In this document: piece after piece, positions 49,472 to 59,314 of the stretch
How positions within the stretch are numbered: position 1 is the stretch's first letter
Layout: every line of letters starts with the position of its first letter
Assembly: GCA_013115145.1 (NCBI GenBank)
Contig: JAAPAO010000165.1
Coordinates: 1 to 59,314, forward strand
Direction: 5' to 3'
Source: Perkinsus chesapeaki ATCC PRA-425
Taxonomy: Eukaryota > Protista > Perkinsozoa
DNA length: 59,314 nt
Program-made: the position numbers and the translations under genes
The notes under the pieces: model-generated
The model's database searches: none
What the model was told of the DNA's origin: nothing
The model's input: the letters and a program-made list of their open reading frames with translations, nothing else

Positions 49472-51177
49472 GTGCTCGGCGACCGTTACGTAACAAGTGC
49501 TAATACTAACCATATATTATGTCCATTTATTTTGTATTTCTCTTTGACTTGTCGGTGTCGTCTTTGCGAGCCGGATTCGGACGGCAGGTGGCCTGAAGGT
49601 GTCGGTTTCCTAACACTTTTGTCGTTGAATTAGCCGACGATTGAATTAAGATTGTAATGCAGCTATTTTCAAGCATGACAAGCGAGTCTGTGAGCAGCGA
49701 ATATCGCTTGCAGTACTTCCCAATGAGGGGACGAGGAGAGCCAATCAGGCTCATGCTGGAGCTCAACCAGCTGTCGTATACCGAGGTCACCGAATATAGT
49801 GCTGAAAGTCTCAAGCGGGTTATTCGTTCAGATTGATGTACACTATTCCGCCATGAAAAGACATGCCGGCATGAGTGATTCGCCGTTCGGGCAAGTACCA
49901 TTGCTAATAAATGGCGATAAGACAGTAGCACAAATGGATGCTATACTTAGGTAAGTGTGCTTATCAAATATGGCCTATAACTACTATCCAATGGGACAAT
50001 ACATCTGTATTGAACCCTGAGTGTTCAAATCGTTTTTCTAAATCATTCCTGGTAGTACAGAGGCCGTGGTGAAGGATTTATCCCTGGGCCAGCTCGACTA
50101 TGCGGTCCTGACTGCTCACTAACCTCACACATCCAGGCCAAGGAATGAACTATGAATCATAATCTATGTTGGTGAACAGCAACAGTACGAACAACGAAGC
50201 AACAATGGAAGTCGTCTTTCCACTCTCGAGTCAATAGGTTTTATGCTCATGGACAATACGGTTGCGGTATTACGGTACAGACCCTGTCAGCGAGACCTAC
50301 GCCGTATGCGTGCACCTCCACACCGTGCTCGGCGACCGTTACGTAACAAGTGCTAATACTAACCATATATTATGTCCATTTATTTTGTATTTCTCTTTGA
50401 CTTGTCGGTGTCGTCTTTGCGAGCCGGATTCGGACGGCAGGTGGCCTGAAGGTGTCGGTTTCCTAACACTTTTGTCGTTGAATTAGCCGACGATTGAATT
50501 AAGATTGTAATGCAGCTATTTTCAAGCATGACAAGCGAGTCTGTGAGCAGCGAATATCGCTTGCAGTACTTCCCAATGAGGGGACGAGGAGAGCCAATCA
50601 GGCTCATGCTGGAGCTCAACCAGCTGTCGTATACCGAGGTCACCGAATATAGTGCTGAAAGTCTCAAGCGGGTTATTCGTTCAGATTGATGTACACTATT
50701 CCGCCATGAAAAGACATGCCGGCATGAGTGATTCGCCGTTCGGGCAAGTACCATTGCTAATAAATGGCGATAAGACAGTAGCACAAATGGATGCTATACT
50801 TAGGTAAGTGTGCTTATCAAATATGGCCTATAACTACTATCCAATGGGACAATACATCTGTATTGAACCCTGAGTGTTCAAATCGTTTTTCTAAATCATT
50901 CCTGGTAGTACAGAGGCCGTGGTGAAGGATTTATCCCTGGGCCAGCTCGACTATGCGGTCCTGACTGCTCACTAACCTCACACATCCAGGCCAAGGAATG
51001 AACTATGAATCATAATCTATGTTGGTGAACAGCAACAGTACGAACAACGAAGCAACAATGGAAGTCGTCTTTCCACTCTCGAGTCAATAGGTTTTATGCT
51101 CATGGACAATACGGTTGCGGTATTACGGTACAGACCCTGTCAGCGAGACCTACGCCGTATGCGTGCACCTCCACACC
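49472..51177 (+). repeat. 853-bp direct tandem duplication (49472-50324 and 50325-51177)
   Basis: Boundaries match at an offset of 853. The identical antisense 134-aa ORFs 49527-49931 and 50380-50784 show sequence identity; no mismatch seen in spot checks. Confidence 0.95.
49675..49950 (+). pseudogene. Orphan 5' exons of a glutathione S-transferase (duplicated first two exons)
   Basis: MTSESVSSEYRLQYFPMRGRGEPIRLMLELNQLSYTE / IDVHYSAMKRHAGMSDSPFGQVPLL...DAILR, identical to 50528 onward. May be an assembly artefact. Confidence 0.6.
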
Positions 51178-52895
51178 TCGGTCTCTCACAATGAGATTCA
51201 GTCCATCAGACAACGGGAATATAATGCATTGCTGCAGTATAATGAAGGAACTTCCTTCAAGGAAGACCGTAGCCCCGGAGGTGGCCGTTTTTGGGAGAGC
51301 CGTGGTACATAGCTACGTGCCACCGTGGTGCCACCACGTAGTACGTCGTGGCACCAGTGGTGGTGCCCGTTAGAATGGCCCACATGTGGATCCCAATTCA
51401 CCTTTGCCATTGGTGGTCAGTTACAGGTGGTGATCTAGCAGGTTGTGAAGTACCAGCAATGCACAACTTCAACGTCACTGGAGAGTCAGCTCTTTTCAAA
51501 GCGACGTAGTTATGTGATTAACTTCTGCCCTAACCGCAACTGCGACAGCAAGAAGACATTGACAAGCACAACTGATGGGGAAGGCCGTTGTCGTTTATGC
51601 GCCGGCTCACAACACAGTATGCAGTGCACCCTGTGACGAAATACTCGATATATAGTACTCGTATGATAGCGAGTTCCAAATATTATATTATTTTATTTCG
51701 GAATGGTTGCTTATCCGCGCAACCGTACTGTCAGTCTAGAAGCTGATAAGGCCAATGAATCGTGTGATGAGGAAACGAGTGAGGCCGCCCAACAAGAAAG
51801 CACCGACGACATTGTGTTCAAGGAGAGACATACTGAACTGAGTGCTCCAGTCAAACAAGTTGTGAAGCGAATCACCAATGAGGTTGAGAACTCTAGCTGC
51901 CGCTATGGGTCGAGTTTCTAGCTTGCTGATTCATGATGCACATGATGACAAGATTAAGCATCATGCTTGTTTCACCAGTCAACAAGAACTCCGGTTCAAT
52001 TCCGCTTACCTCCCATGCCCATCCATTTCCATGAATTGTCTCCAGATACCTTGGCCGGAGGCACGGCATGTACTGTGGGTCCCCAGAGGAACTCGCAGAA
52101 ATAGACGAGATGTTGAGCGGCCTCGAAGCACTGCGCCAGAAGTACAGCCACGAGGAAGATCTCTCGCGTGCGCAGATGCGTATCTTCTTAGATACTATGA
52201 TCTAGCGTATGTTGGCCAGTTCACTCCGGAGGCAGTTAGGAAGTATGAGCGCGACCACATGGATCCGAACACCAGGACTGGCGATAACCAAGGTAGGTCA
52301 GAGGCACGATGCAAAACATTTATATTTTTCGAGTCAATAATTGCCGTATGATTCTATTAATGGGGAAGGCTCCCGGAGAAGCAACCTTCTTTAATCAAAG
52401 TATCCTTTCTCAGGCGCGCACATGTTTTTCATTTACCAATTATTCCTGCGGAGTTTTGCCGGCTACGAGAAGTCGTTAAATATTGGTCACGTGCAGCTGT
52501 ATGACATCATTGACCTTCATCTACGAAGAGCTATTGATTGGTCCCGAAACTTTGAAAAGTGGTATCCCGAATTGTAAGTACAAAGACCTCGTGTATTTCT
52601 TTCGCTATCGCGTGCAACTCATCTGGGGTATTCTCGAGAAGACTTCTCGACGGAGGCACTTAGTGCCTCGGCCTAATCGGCGTCTCAAGCATTGTTGTTT
52701 GGATTACTCGGCTTTGCTCAAGCATCTTCAGAATTTAGATATTTTGCCTATGACCGGAGGATGCGAAAAGTCGAAAAATGGTTTGATTCTTTTAGGGTTG
52801 ATTTCCACCAATACTTCTCTCGTTTGCCAACTATAAGGGACTATATACAGAGCGAACGGCGGCCATTAAATGTTAATGTTAACCATCTTGGATAG
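50528..52895 (+). CDS. Glutathione S-transferase 1 (cytosolic, N-terminal Tyr type)
   Basis: YFPMRGRGEPIRLMLE and PFGQVP motifs, a long ~1.25 kb intron, then YLGRRHGMYCGSPEELAEIDEML..., GHVQLYDIIDLH and ...LPTIRDYIQSERRPLNVNVNHLG ending at TAG 52893-52895. Confidence 0.9.
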
Positions 52896-53341
52896 ATAAA
52901 TACCACCACGACGATGGTCTTGTTGTTTTAATACAATTGTTTAGTATTCTTCCTCCTACTTGTTGTGTTCCATCAGTCCGGACGCTCTTCACCTGTTAAA
53001 CCTCTTCACGTGACTCTTGCTGTTATTATCGACAGTGCCCTCCTCGGTGGAACATTCATTTGTACTATTGATTCGGAAACGGAACAGATGATAGGATTGT
53101 GAATCCTAGAACAAGGAAATTAAAAGGGACAGATTGCGCAGGCCCGGTTCGGGCCTCCCTGTCCTTCCGAAGTCGGTGAAGAAACTGTTGCTGTTGTAAA
53201 TCCAACAACACCACGAATAGTCCAATTTACTCTGCTCGATGCCACAAAAAGGGAATATAAAGCGGTTTAGGTATCAGTTGCACTGTGTGCGGTAGCTCTG
53301 AGGAATCTTCCTCTCTATTATACAGTGTTGTTGAGTTTTTC

Positions 53342-54415
53342 ATGCCAGCAGCGGCAGCAGCCGAGGAGACATACACGCTGGTCTACTTCCCCGTCCGTGG
53401 GAGGGCTGAAGCTATACGTTTATGTATGGAATTGAAGGGTGTCAGCTACAAGGAGATACCTATGAACGATAGAGCCGAAATGAAAGCGAATGCTGGTATG
53501 GAATATCCTTTTGGTCAAGTTCCCATCCTCAAGAAAGATGGTAGAGTAATGGCACAAAGTGGTGCCATCCTCAGGTGAGATTTCCGTTCCCGTTTCTTGC
53601 AGCCTCAACTTGTCCCCACAGCAGGAAAGTTACCGGGGATTGTCAATTAAAGTGGATTGCGAATATATAGGACGGGACGTCAGGATCGGACTGTCGGACG
53701 GTTGGCCACACTCGTCGGCGTAGAAAAGTGCTAGTGAGCGAGCACACTCTCCATACAATCAAGGGATGCTAGTTCTTGGTTTAATTTAATCTCAGGTACC
53801 TAGGCCGCCGTCATGGCATGTATGATGGCTCCCCAGAGGAATTGGAAGCAATCGATGAAATGATCGCTGGTGTCGACGATCTTCGTGCCCAGTATCATCC
53901 GTTAGTCTACGTTCACCGACTCGCCCCGGATTATTTAAAGGAATACATCGCCAAGCATATCGACCCAAAAGGGATCCATGAAGACAATAAAGGTGGGCAC
54001 CGCTGGAATGGCTCATAGGCGACCTTCCACAATCAGTGCCCGCTCATTAGCCGCAGTGAAAGGGTTACGATTTCCACATTGAAGCGTCGTAGAAGAATCG
54101 TTCTTCTCAGGTGCCCACATGGCATTCCTAAACAAGCTCTTTGAAAAGCACTTCGCCCGTTATGATGATTCTTCACTAAATATTGGTCACGTGAAGCTTT
54201 TTGACGTCGTGGACACCCACCTTCGAGGAGCGTTGAACCCCAGCAGTCAGTTCCAAGAGTGGTATCCTGAATTGTAAGTGCTCAGTTTGTTCGTCATGGA
54301 ACGCTTTGTCTTTAGGGTCAAGTTCCACGCCTATTTCGCCGACCTTCCGATGATCAGAACGTACCTCGGCAGCGAACGCCGTCACGTCGACATCAATGCC
54401 AACAAGCTCGGATGA
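53342..54415 (+). CDS. Glutathione S-transferase 2, 4 exons
   Basis: TYTLVYFPVRGRAEAIRLCMEL...PFGQVPIL...AQSGAILR / YLGRRHGMYDGSPEELEAIDEMI... / AHMAFLNKLF...GHVKLFDVVD / ...LPMIRTYLGSERRHVDINANKLG ending at TGA 54413-54415. Confidence 0.95.
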
Positions 54416-54872
54416 GCAATCTCAAACTCTGTTTCGCAGAGAAGTCGTATTGTGTTATATTGTAAAGAGCAACACATTGTGTTGAACACTGCGCGAAATC
54501 CACAGGATGCTGGTTATCATTAACTGCAGACTAACACAACAAAAGCTCGAATACGCAACCTACTACACCGGTCACTGATGATCAGTGCACTCGCTGGGAG
54601 CTCAGGAGAAATGCCGAATCTACCGCAGTAGAAAAACGACGTGGCTTGTAATATACAACGTGAAGTAGAGATCATCGATCGATCAAGAGGTCACTGTTAC
54701 CTCATAAGATTCCTTTGTCTCGCTCTGACCCAAAGCGAGCCTTTAACGACTTAGCAGAGGTACATGCTGCTTGGTGATACTGATTCACTAAAAAAAGGCA
54801 GCGTGACAATAAAAACGACTGCAGTGAGTAATAGTATGATAGAGTCCGCCACTCTATCAATGCTGCTTACAA

Positions 54873-55295
54873 CTACTTCACGCGAAACGTTTCGTAGCCG
54901 AAATCGGCGTGGGTGATTGTTAATGTCGCATAATTTCCCTCAATTTCAGTGGCGAACTTCAGATCATAGAAGCCATGAGAGTCCTCGATGATATCTTTGT
55001 AACCGTCAGTCAGAGTCAAGCGCCATCCATCACCCTTGCTTTTGAAGGTATAATGACAAGAATAGGACTCCCGGGGCATACCACTATTTTTACATGTATA
55101 AAATATAATGACTTTGGTATCAGGCAATACCTGGATTGAACCAAATTTGTTGAACCGAGAAGAATAGTAAGTGTTCCTAGGAGGGCCGCTGGACGCAGAT
55201 TCCACAGAGGGGGATGGAAAGCCATTGAAGTGATCGACTCGCTCGCAGGACGCTGCGAGGAGAAGGCCGATGAAGATGTGGACGAGGGTGGTCAT
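54873..55295 (-). CDS. Intronless secreted protein, 140 aa (paralog of 1794-2249)
   Basis: Signal peptide MTTLVHIFIGLLLAASC and the shared VIIFY, SY.CHY, DGY.D.I and DFGYETF motifs. Confidence 0.75.
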   Translation of the reverse strand: MTTLVHIFIGLLLAASCERVDHFNGFPSPSVESASSGPPRNTYYSSRFNKFGSIQVLPDTKVIIFYTCKNSGMPRESYSCHYTFKSKGDGWRLTLTDGYKDIIEDSHGFYDLKFATEIEGNYATLTITHADFGYETFRVK

Positions 55296-56227
55296 TCTAA
55301 GGATAACAATGTGAGAGTTCTTTGTGCAAAGGAGACAGACACAAAACTTGTTGTCACGTCACGCCGAGTGACTCCTTGAACACACGGCGACGTTTCTCCA
55401 GCAGTGTGAGAGTAGGAGATTTGTCCACCCGCTCGATCGAACTTGGTCACCGCAGCGTAGGTCACGCAAAGGTGGTTATATCTTACGCTGCAGTGGCCAC
55501 TGGTTGGGGCTAGACCACAGTTGCCGATTGACTATACAGTGACAGTTGAAGCGCATTCCTTGGATGTGCAGCATAACTTATACTGTACCTTTTCGGCACC
55601 GTTGGATTATAAACTCACACAAAGAGTGGTTCAGCAATGCTTCGAGCTTTCACCGCTTTGACTCAGTTAAGCAGATGTCTAACATCTAACCAGTACGCAA
55701 TACCAAGGTTATAGAGGGAGACAGCCTTCAGAAGACAGTCACGGTTACCTCTGCAGATGTACGCAAACGCAAAACCATCCTTTTGTGATGGGTTCAAAAA
55801 CTAGCCAAGACGTGGAATGAGAATCAGTTATTGAGGTCAAAATGGCACACCTCTGAATCTGGTTTGCATCCCATCACCTACTCTTCAATAAAATACGTCT
55901 CCTGTTGTCAATCCATCATTGGTGATGCAACCGACAATATCTACGTAAGGTGGCAACTCTTCCTTGCTTTTCGAGGAACAGCTCAATTTGTACCGTATTA
56001 CGCATCAAACTAATAGCCCATGATTTATATAATACTTTATATATCTACAACCAATCTACCGACCAATACCTTTTTTTGCTCCTCTTCACTACACTGTGTG
56101 TGGGAGCTCTTGATTGACCACTATAATCATACGCAACAGAATCACGGTTGATGTAAAATTAAAGCCAGAAAGAGTCAAGTTGAGAATATAAACCACTACT
56201 CCATCACAACACCGGACACATTCACAC

Positions 56228-58364
56228 TTAACTCCCCGTGACTTTCGAGTCAAACGTCTTGAAAACACTTATAATGATGTCGCACGCACGATCCATCTCG
56301 TCCTGAGAAAACAGAAATCACTGATATGCGGTGATTTAAGAACGCACTTCTGGAATGACCAGAGGTGGGGCAAACCGAATAATATTGTCGTGGGTCTGCT
56401 TGGCTAGCAGCCCCGCGTCCCGCAACGCCAAACAAACCTGAAAATAGCAGTAGCGAAGGCGTTTCCAGCATCGACTTACATCCCAGGCCTTCACCTTATC
56501 ACTGAAGGTTTCATCGCATACAACTGCGTTCAACAGACCTTTACCTGTACGGAGGTGAGCGTCATCGTCGTCAGCAAAGCATCGGCTACCTCTGATCTGC
56601 TTCACCCAACTCATCCTGCCGATTCCATCTTGCATCTTGGAGCGGAAAATCGCCCCAAGGCGATCGGCTCTTTCAACCAGCTTCTCATCCTTGATCACCG
56701 AAAGTGCCTCCATCGCGACCCGACAAGCAACGGGATTTCCACCGTAACTGAAGCTCACGTCAACAACAGCAAGCCATGGTTTAAATTCGTCACGTCGAGC
56801 CGTGCTGGCCTGGCTTCACCGTCAGCATTATCTCATTATTAGACAGAACTGCCGACACCGGATACATACCTCCGCTCAGCGCCTTCCCCAGAACCTGACA
56901 AAGCATCTATCATCGATTGAGAGGGAACGAATCGTACAACTATATCTGGTCGAACACCCCAGTGCTCACTGCACAACATTCGACCTGTACGAGCCAGGCC
57001 AGTCTGAATTTCATCACAGCACAGCAGCACATTGTGCCTGTAAAAAGTGATCAACACCGCTGGCTTACGGAGACCCGACTTAGTGCAAAGCTCTCTAACA
57101 GCAGGAAGATACGTATCGTCCGGCACATTCACGCCAGCCTCGCCTTGGATTGGCTCGACGTAGAAGCCCGCGACATTCGGGTTGCTCTCGAAAAGCTTTC
57201 TTAAGGCCTCCACGTCATTGTAAGGGACCTACAACGAAATGCAGCCCTCGAAGAACGAATGCTTACAATCTCAAAGCCGGGAAGAAACGGTCCATAATTC
57301 GTGTAACAGTCAGGGTCAGTCGAGGAGCTACATGCGGCCAAGGAACGCCCTGCTCGAGGTTGCGAACAAGTATCCGCGACGAAGTTGACTTACCCCAGAA
57401 GTTGTCCTTGGCAAAGACGATAACAGCCTGGTTTTGAGGGATCTTCTTTATTTCATAACCCCACCTGCGGAGGAGCTATGAGTCGAATTGAAGGCTGATG
57501 CTGCTGCTTGGGTTACCTTCTTATTAGCTTACAGGCTGTCTCCCCAGCCTCAACACCACTGTTCATAGGCAACACTCTATCGTAACTGATAAGTGGACAG
57601 AATCATGTCAAAAGGGTCGGTAAGTGGACAAAGGTATGACGATACGGCAATCGAGTGAAAAAATACGTGACCGAGCGACAAAAAGAATTAAGTTTTTTTA
57701 ATAGGGAAAGTAAACGTACAGGAGGAAAAGAAGCGGTAGAAGACTTACCCGAAAAAGTCAGTGATAAACTTGGTGAACAATGCAAGAGTTTCATTATGAA
57801 AAGCCCTGCTTGTTAAAGCTAAAGTTTGAGCCTGTTGGGTTAAGGCGGCAACTATACGGGGGTGGCAATGGCCTTGGTTCACAGCCGAATACCTGACATA
57901 GCGATCGTAATAATAATAATGACGACTATTCCTATGCAGACTCAACTATAGAGCTGGCATCAAGGACCACAAGGAGCCAGAGGCAGGTGCTTAGTCGGTC
58001 TAACCACGCAATAGGGTTACAGTAACTTACGCGGAAAGGAAGTCAAGATATTTATTTCCCTTTACGTCCCACACGTAGCACCCCTGCCCACGTGCCAGGA
58101 CGACGGGCAGCGGGTGGTAGTTGTGGGCGCCGTAGGCATCCTCGAGCTTGATATATCTGAGAAATAAAATGCTAAATGGAACAACGATCTGTTACTCTTC
58201 GGGATCGTCACTCCTCGGAAGATACTTGCTCTTGAGCTCGGCAATGAAGGCATCCTCGTTGCTGGGCTCCGTCCTGAGCTTCTTTGGGGACCTGCTGGAG
58301 CTATTGCCGATAGAAGGCTCGAAGAGGACTACCTGGAGCCGTTATTTCTTGATAAGGGAGACAT
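56228..58364 (-). CDS. OAT: Ornithine aminotransferase (class III PLP-dependent), multi-exon
   Basis: [103 protein letters not shown] and [16 protein letters not shown] at 56228-56230, probable ATG at 58362-58364. Confidence 0.97.
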
Positions 58365-59186
58365 TCGAGGAAAAAATAGGCAACTGCGAGGAGATCGAGG
58401 TGGAGGAGCAGCAGCAGAGACAACGAGCGGCGTCACCGCCGGCGGGTTGGGTAATTCGTTAAAAGTGAAAGTCGCACGGTGAACCCACACACAGACAGAA
58501 TTGGAAGATTCGCAGGACGCTCTATGGCACAACAAGAAGCGTTGAATAACTCCAGGTGCTCTGCTGCACACAAACATCTGCACGCATGCGCAGGGAGAGT
58601 GCACGGTTTCGGCGATGGGCCATCGATAGACAGCCAGTGATATCATTATTATAAACATTCAGCCTGTCAAACGGCTTCGCCTTCACAGAATGTTAGTTTG
58701 TTACGAAATACAACGCTGAATATCTTCTACATGCTTCGCTAGCCCTCATCCTGTTCCCTGCGGGACTACTCCTGCCCCCCCAGGTAGACAGCCCACAAGC
58801 ACGCGAAGCATCATGGCCGCCACCTTACAGTAGGCCAGTTGACTCCGTCTGACCGTTGCCATGCTACAGTGGAACCAATAGCGATCTTATCGGCCAAATG
58901 GGAAAACACACGCGGCCGATAAGAAAGATTTATCCCACAAATCTCCTCGGTGTGACGCCGGACTTGAACTCAAAACGTGCGTTAGTGTAGCAAATGGGTT
59001 ATTATCAACATAGAGCAGTTGGGCTCACATCACCCGCCTGTCGATTACGGAAGGGATGACGCGAAGACTATTTACCGATATAATAAATAATACAACAACC
59101 TCAGTACTAGAGGGAGAGGCCAGCCTCACAGGCGAGCTGTGACGCTGGTTGAAGGGGGCCAGTACGCAATAGGACTGACAGCGCGC

Positions 59187-59261
59187 GGGGGGGGGGGGGG
59201 GGGGTGGGTTTTTGGGGGGGGGGGGGGGGGGGGGGGGGGGTTGGGGGGGGGGGGGGGGGGT

Positions 59262-59314
<53 letters not shown>
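59187..59314 (+). other. Terminal poly-G run, probably a sequencing or assembly artefact
   Basis: Near-homopolymer of about 125 G at the window end. Confidence 0.8.

Noticed and set aside
49527-50784. Identical 134-aa minus-strand ORFs as genes
   Set aside because: They are antisense shadows of the duplicated GST exons.
59187-59314. Poly-G as a telomere or G-quadruplex element
   Set aside because: It has no repeat unit structure and sits at the sequence end, which is typical of a base-calling or assembly artefact.

Overview
Intron-rich eukaryotic genomic DNA. The calmodulin C-terminus (EEFVRMMMAK), the dense short GT-AG introns and the gene families fit a perkinsid alveolate such as Perkinsus, but that is inference only. 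All exon structures were spliced by eye. From left to right: degenerate retroelement-like scraps and an intronless secreted protein (1-4.5 kb); two paralogous helical-repeat-like genes (4.7-10.4 kb); small putative secreted genes; a 6-exon calmodulin; a WD40 gene; an uncharacterised minus-strand gene; then a ~27 kb block (22.5-49.4 kb) of three tandem, highly diverged GT2-like (processive glycosyltransferase) membrane-protein genes. After that come an 853-bp perfect tandem duplication, two GST genes, a second member of the secreted family, ornithine aminotransferase and a terminal poly-G run. The most unusual signal is in the introns of the GT2-like block. Unrelated introns share several short sequence families that occur in both orientations. 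These are at least 17 tRNA-3'-half/B-box elements, mostly just after 5' splice sites, a 20-22 bp AATCGATCACGYGATCGATT palindrome, a TIR-like AATCTTCRCAGTGCGCAA element, an AATCTTGCAATCTTGCA element, GCGGAGCGAAGCG and TTTCGTGGCGCGTGA. They sit in 10-bp-phased A-tract filler. This looks like either mobile intron-forming elements or a DNA-level chromatin or regulatory motif system carried in introns.
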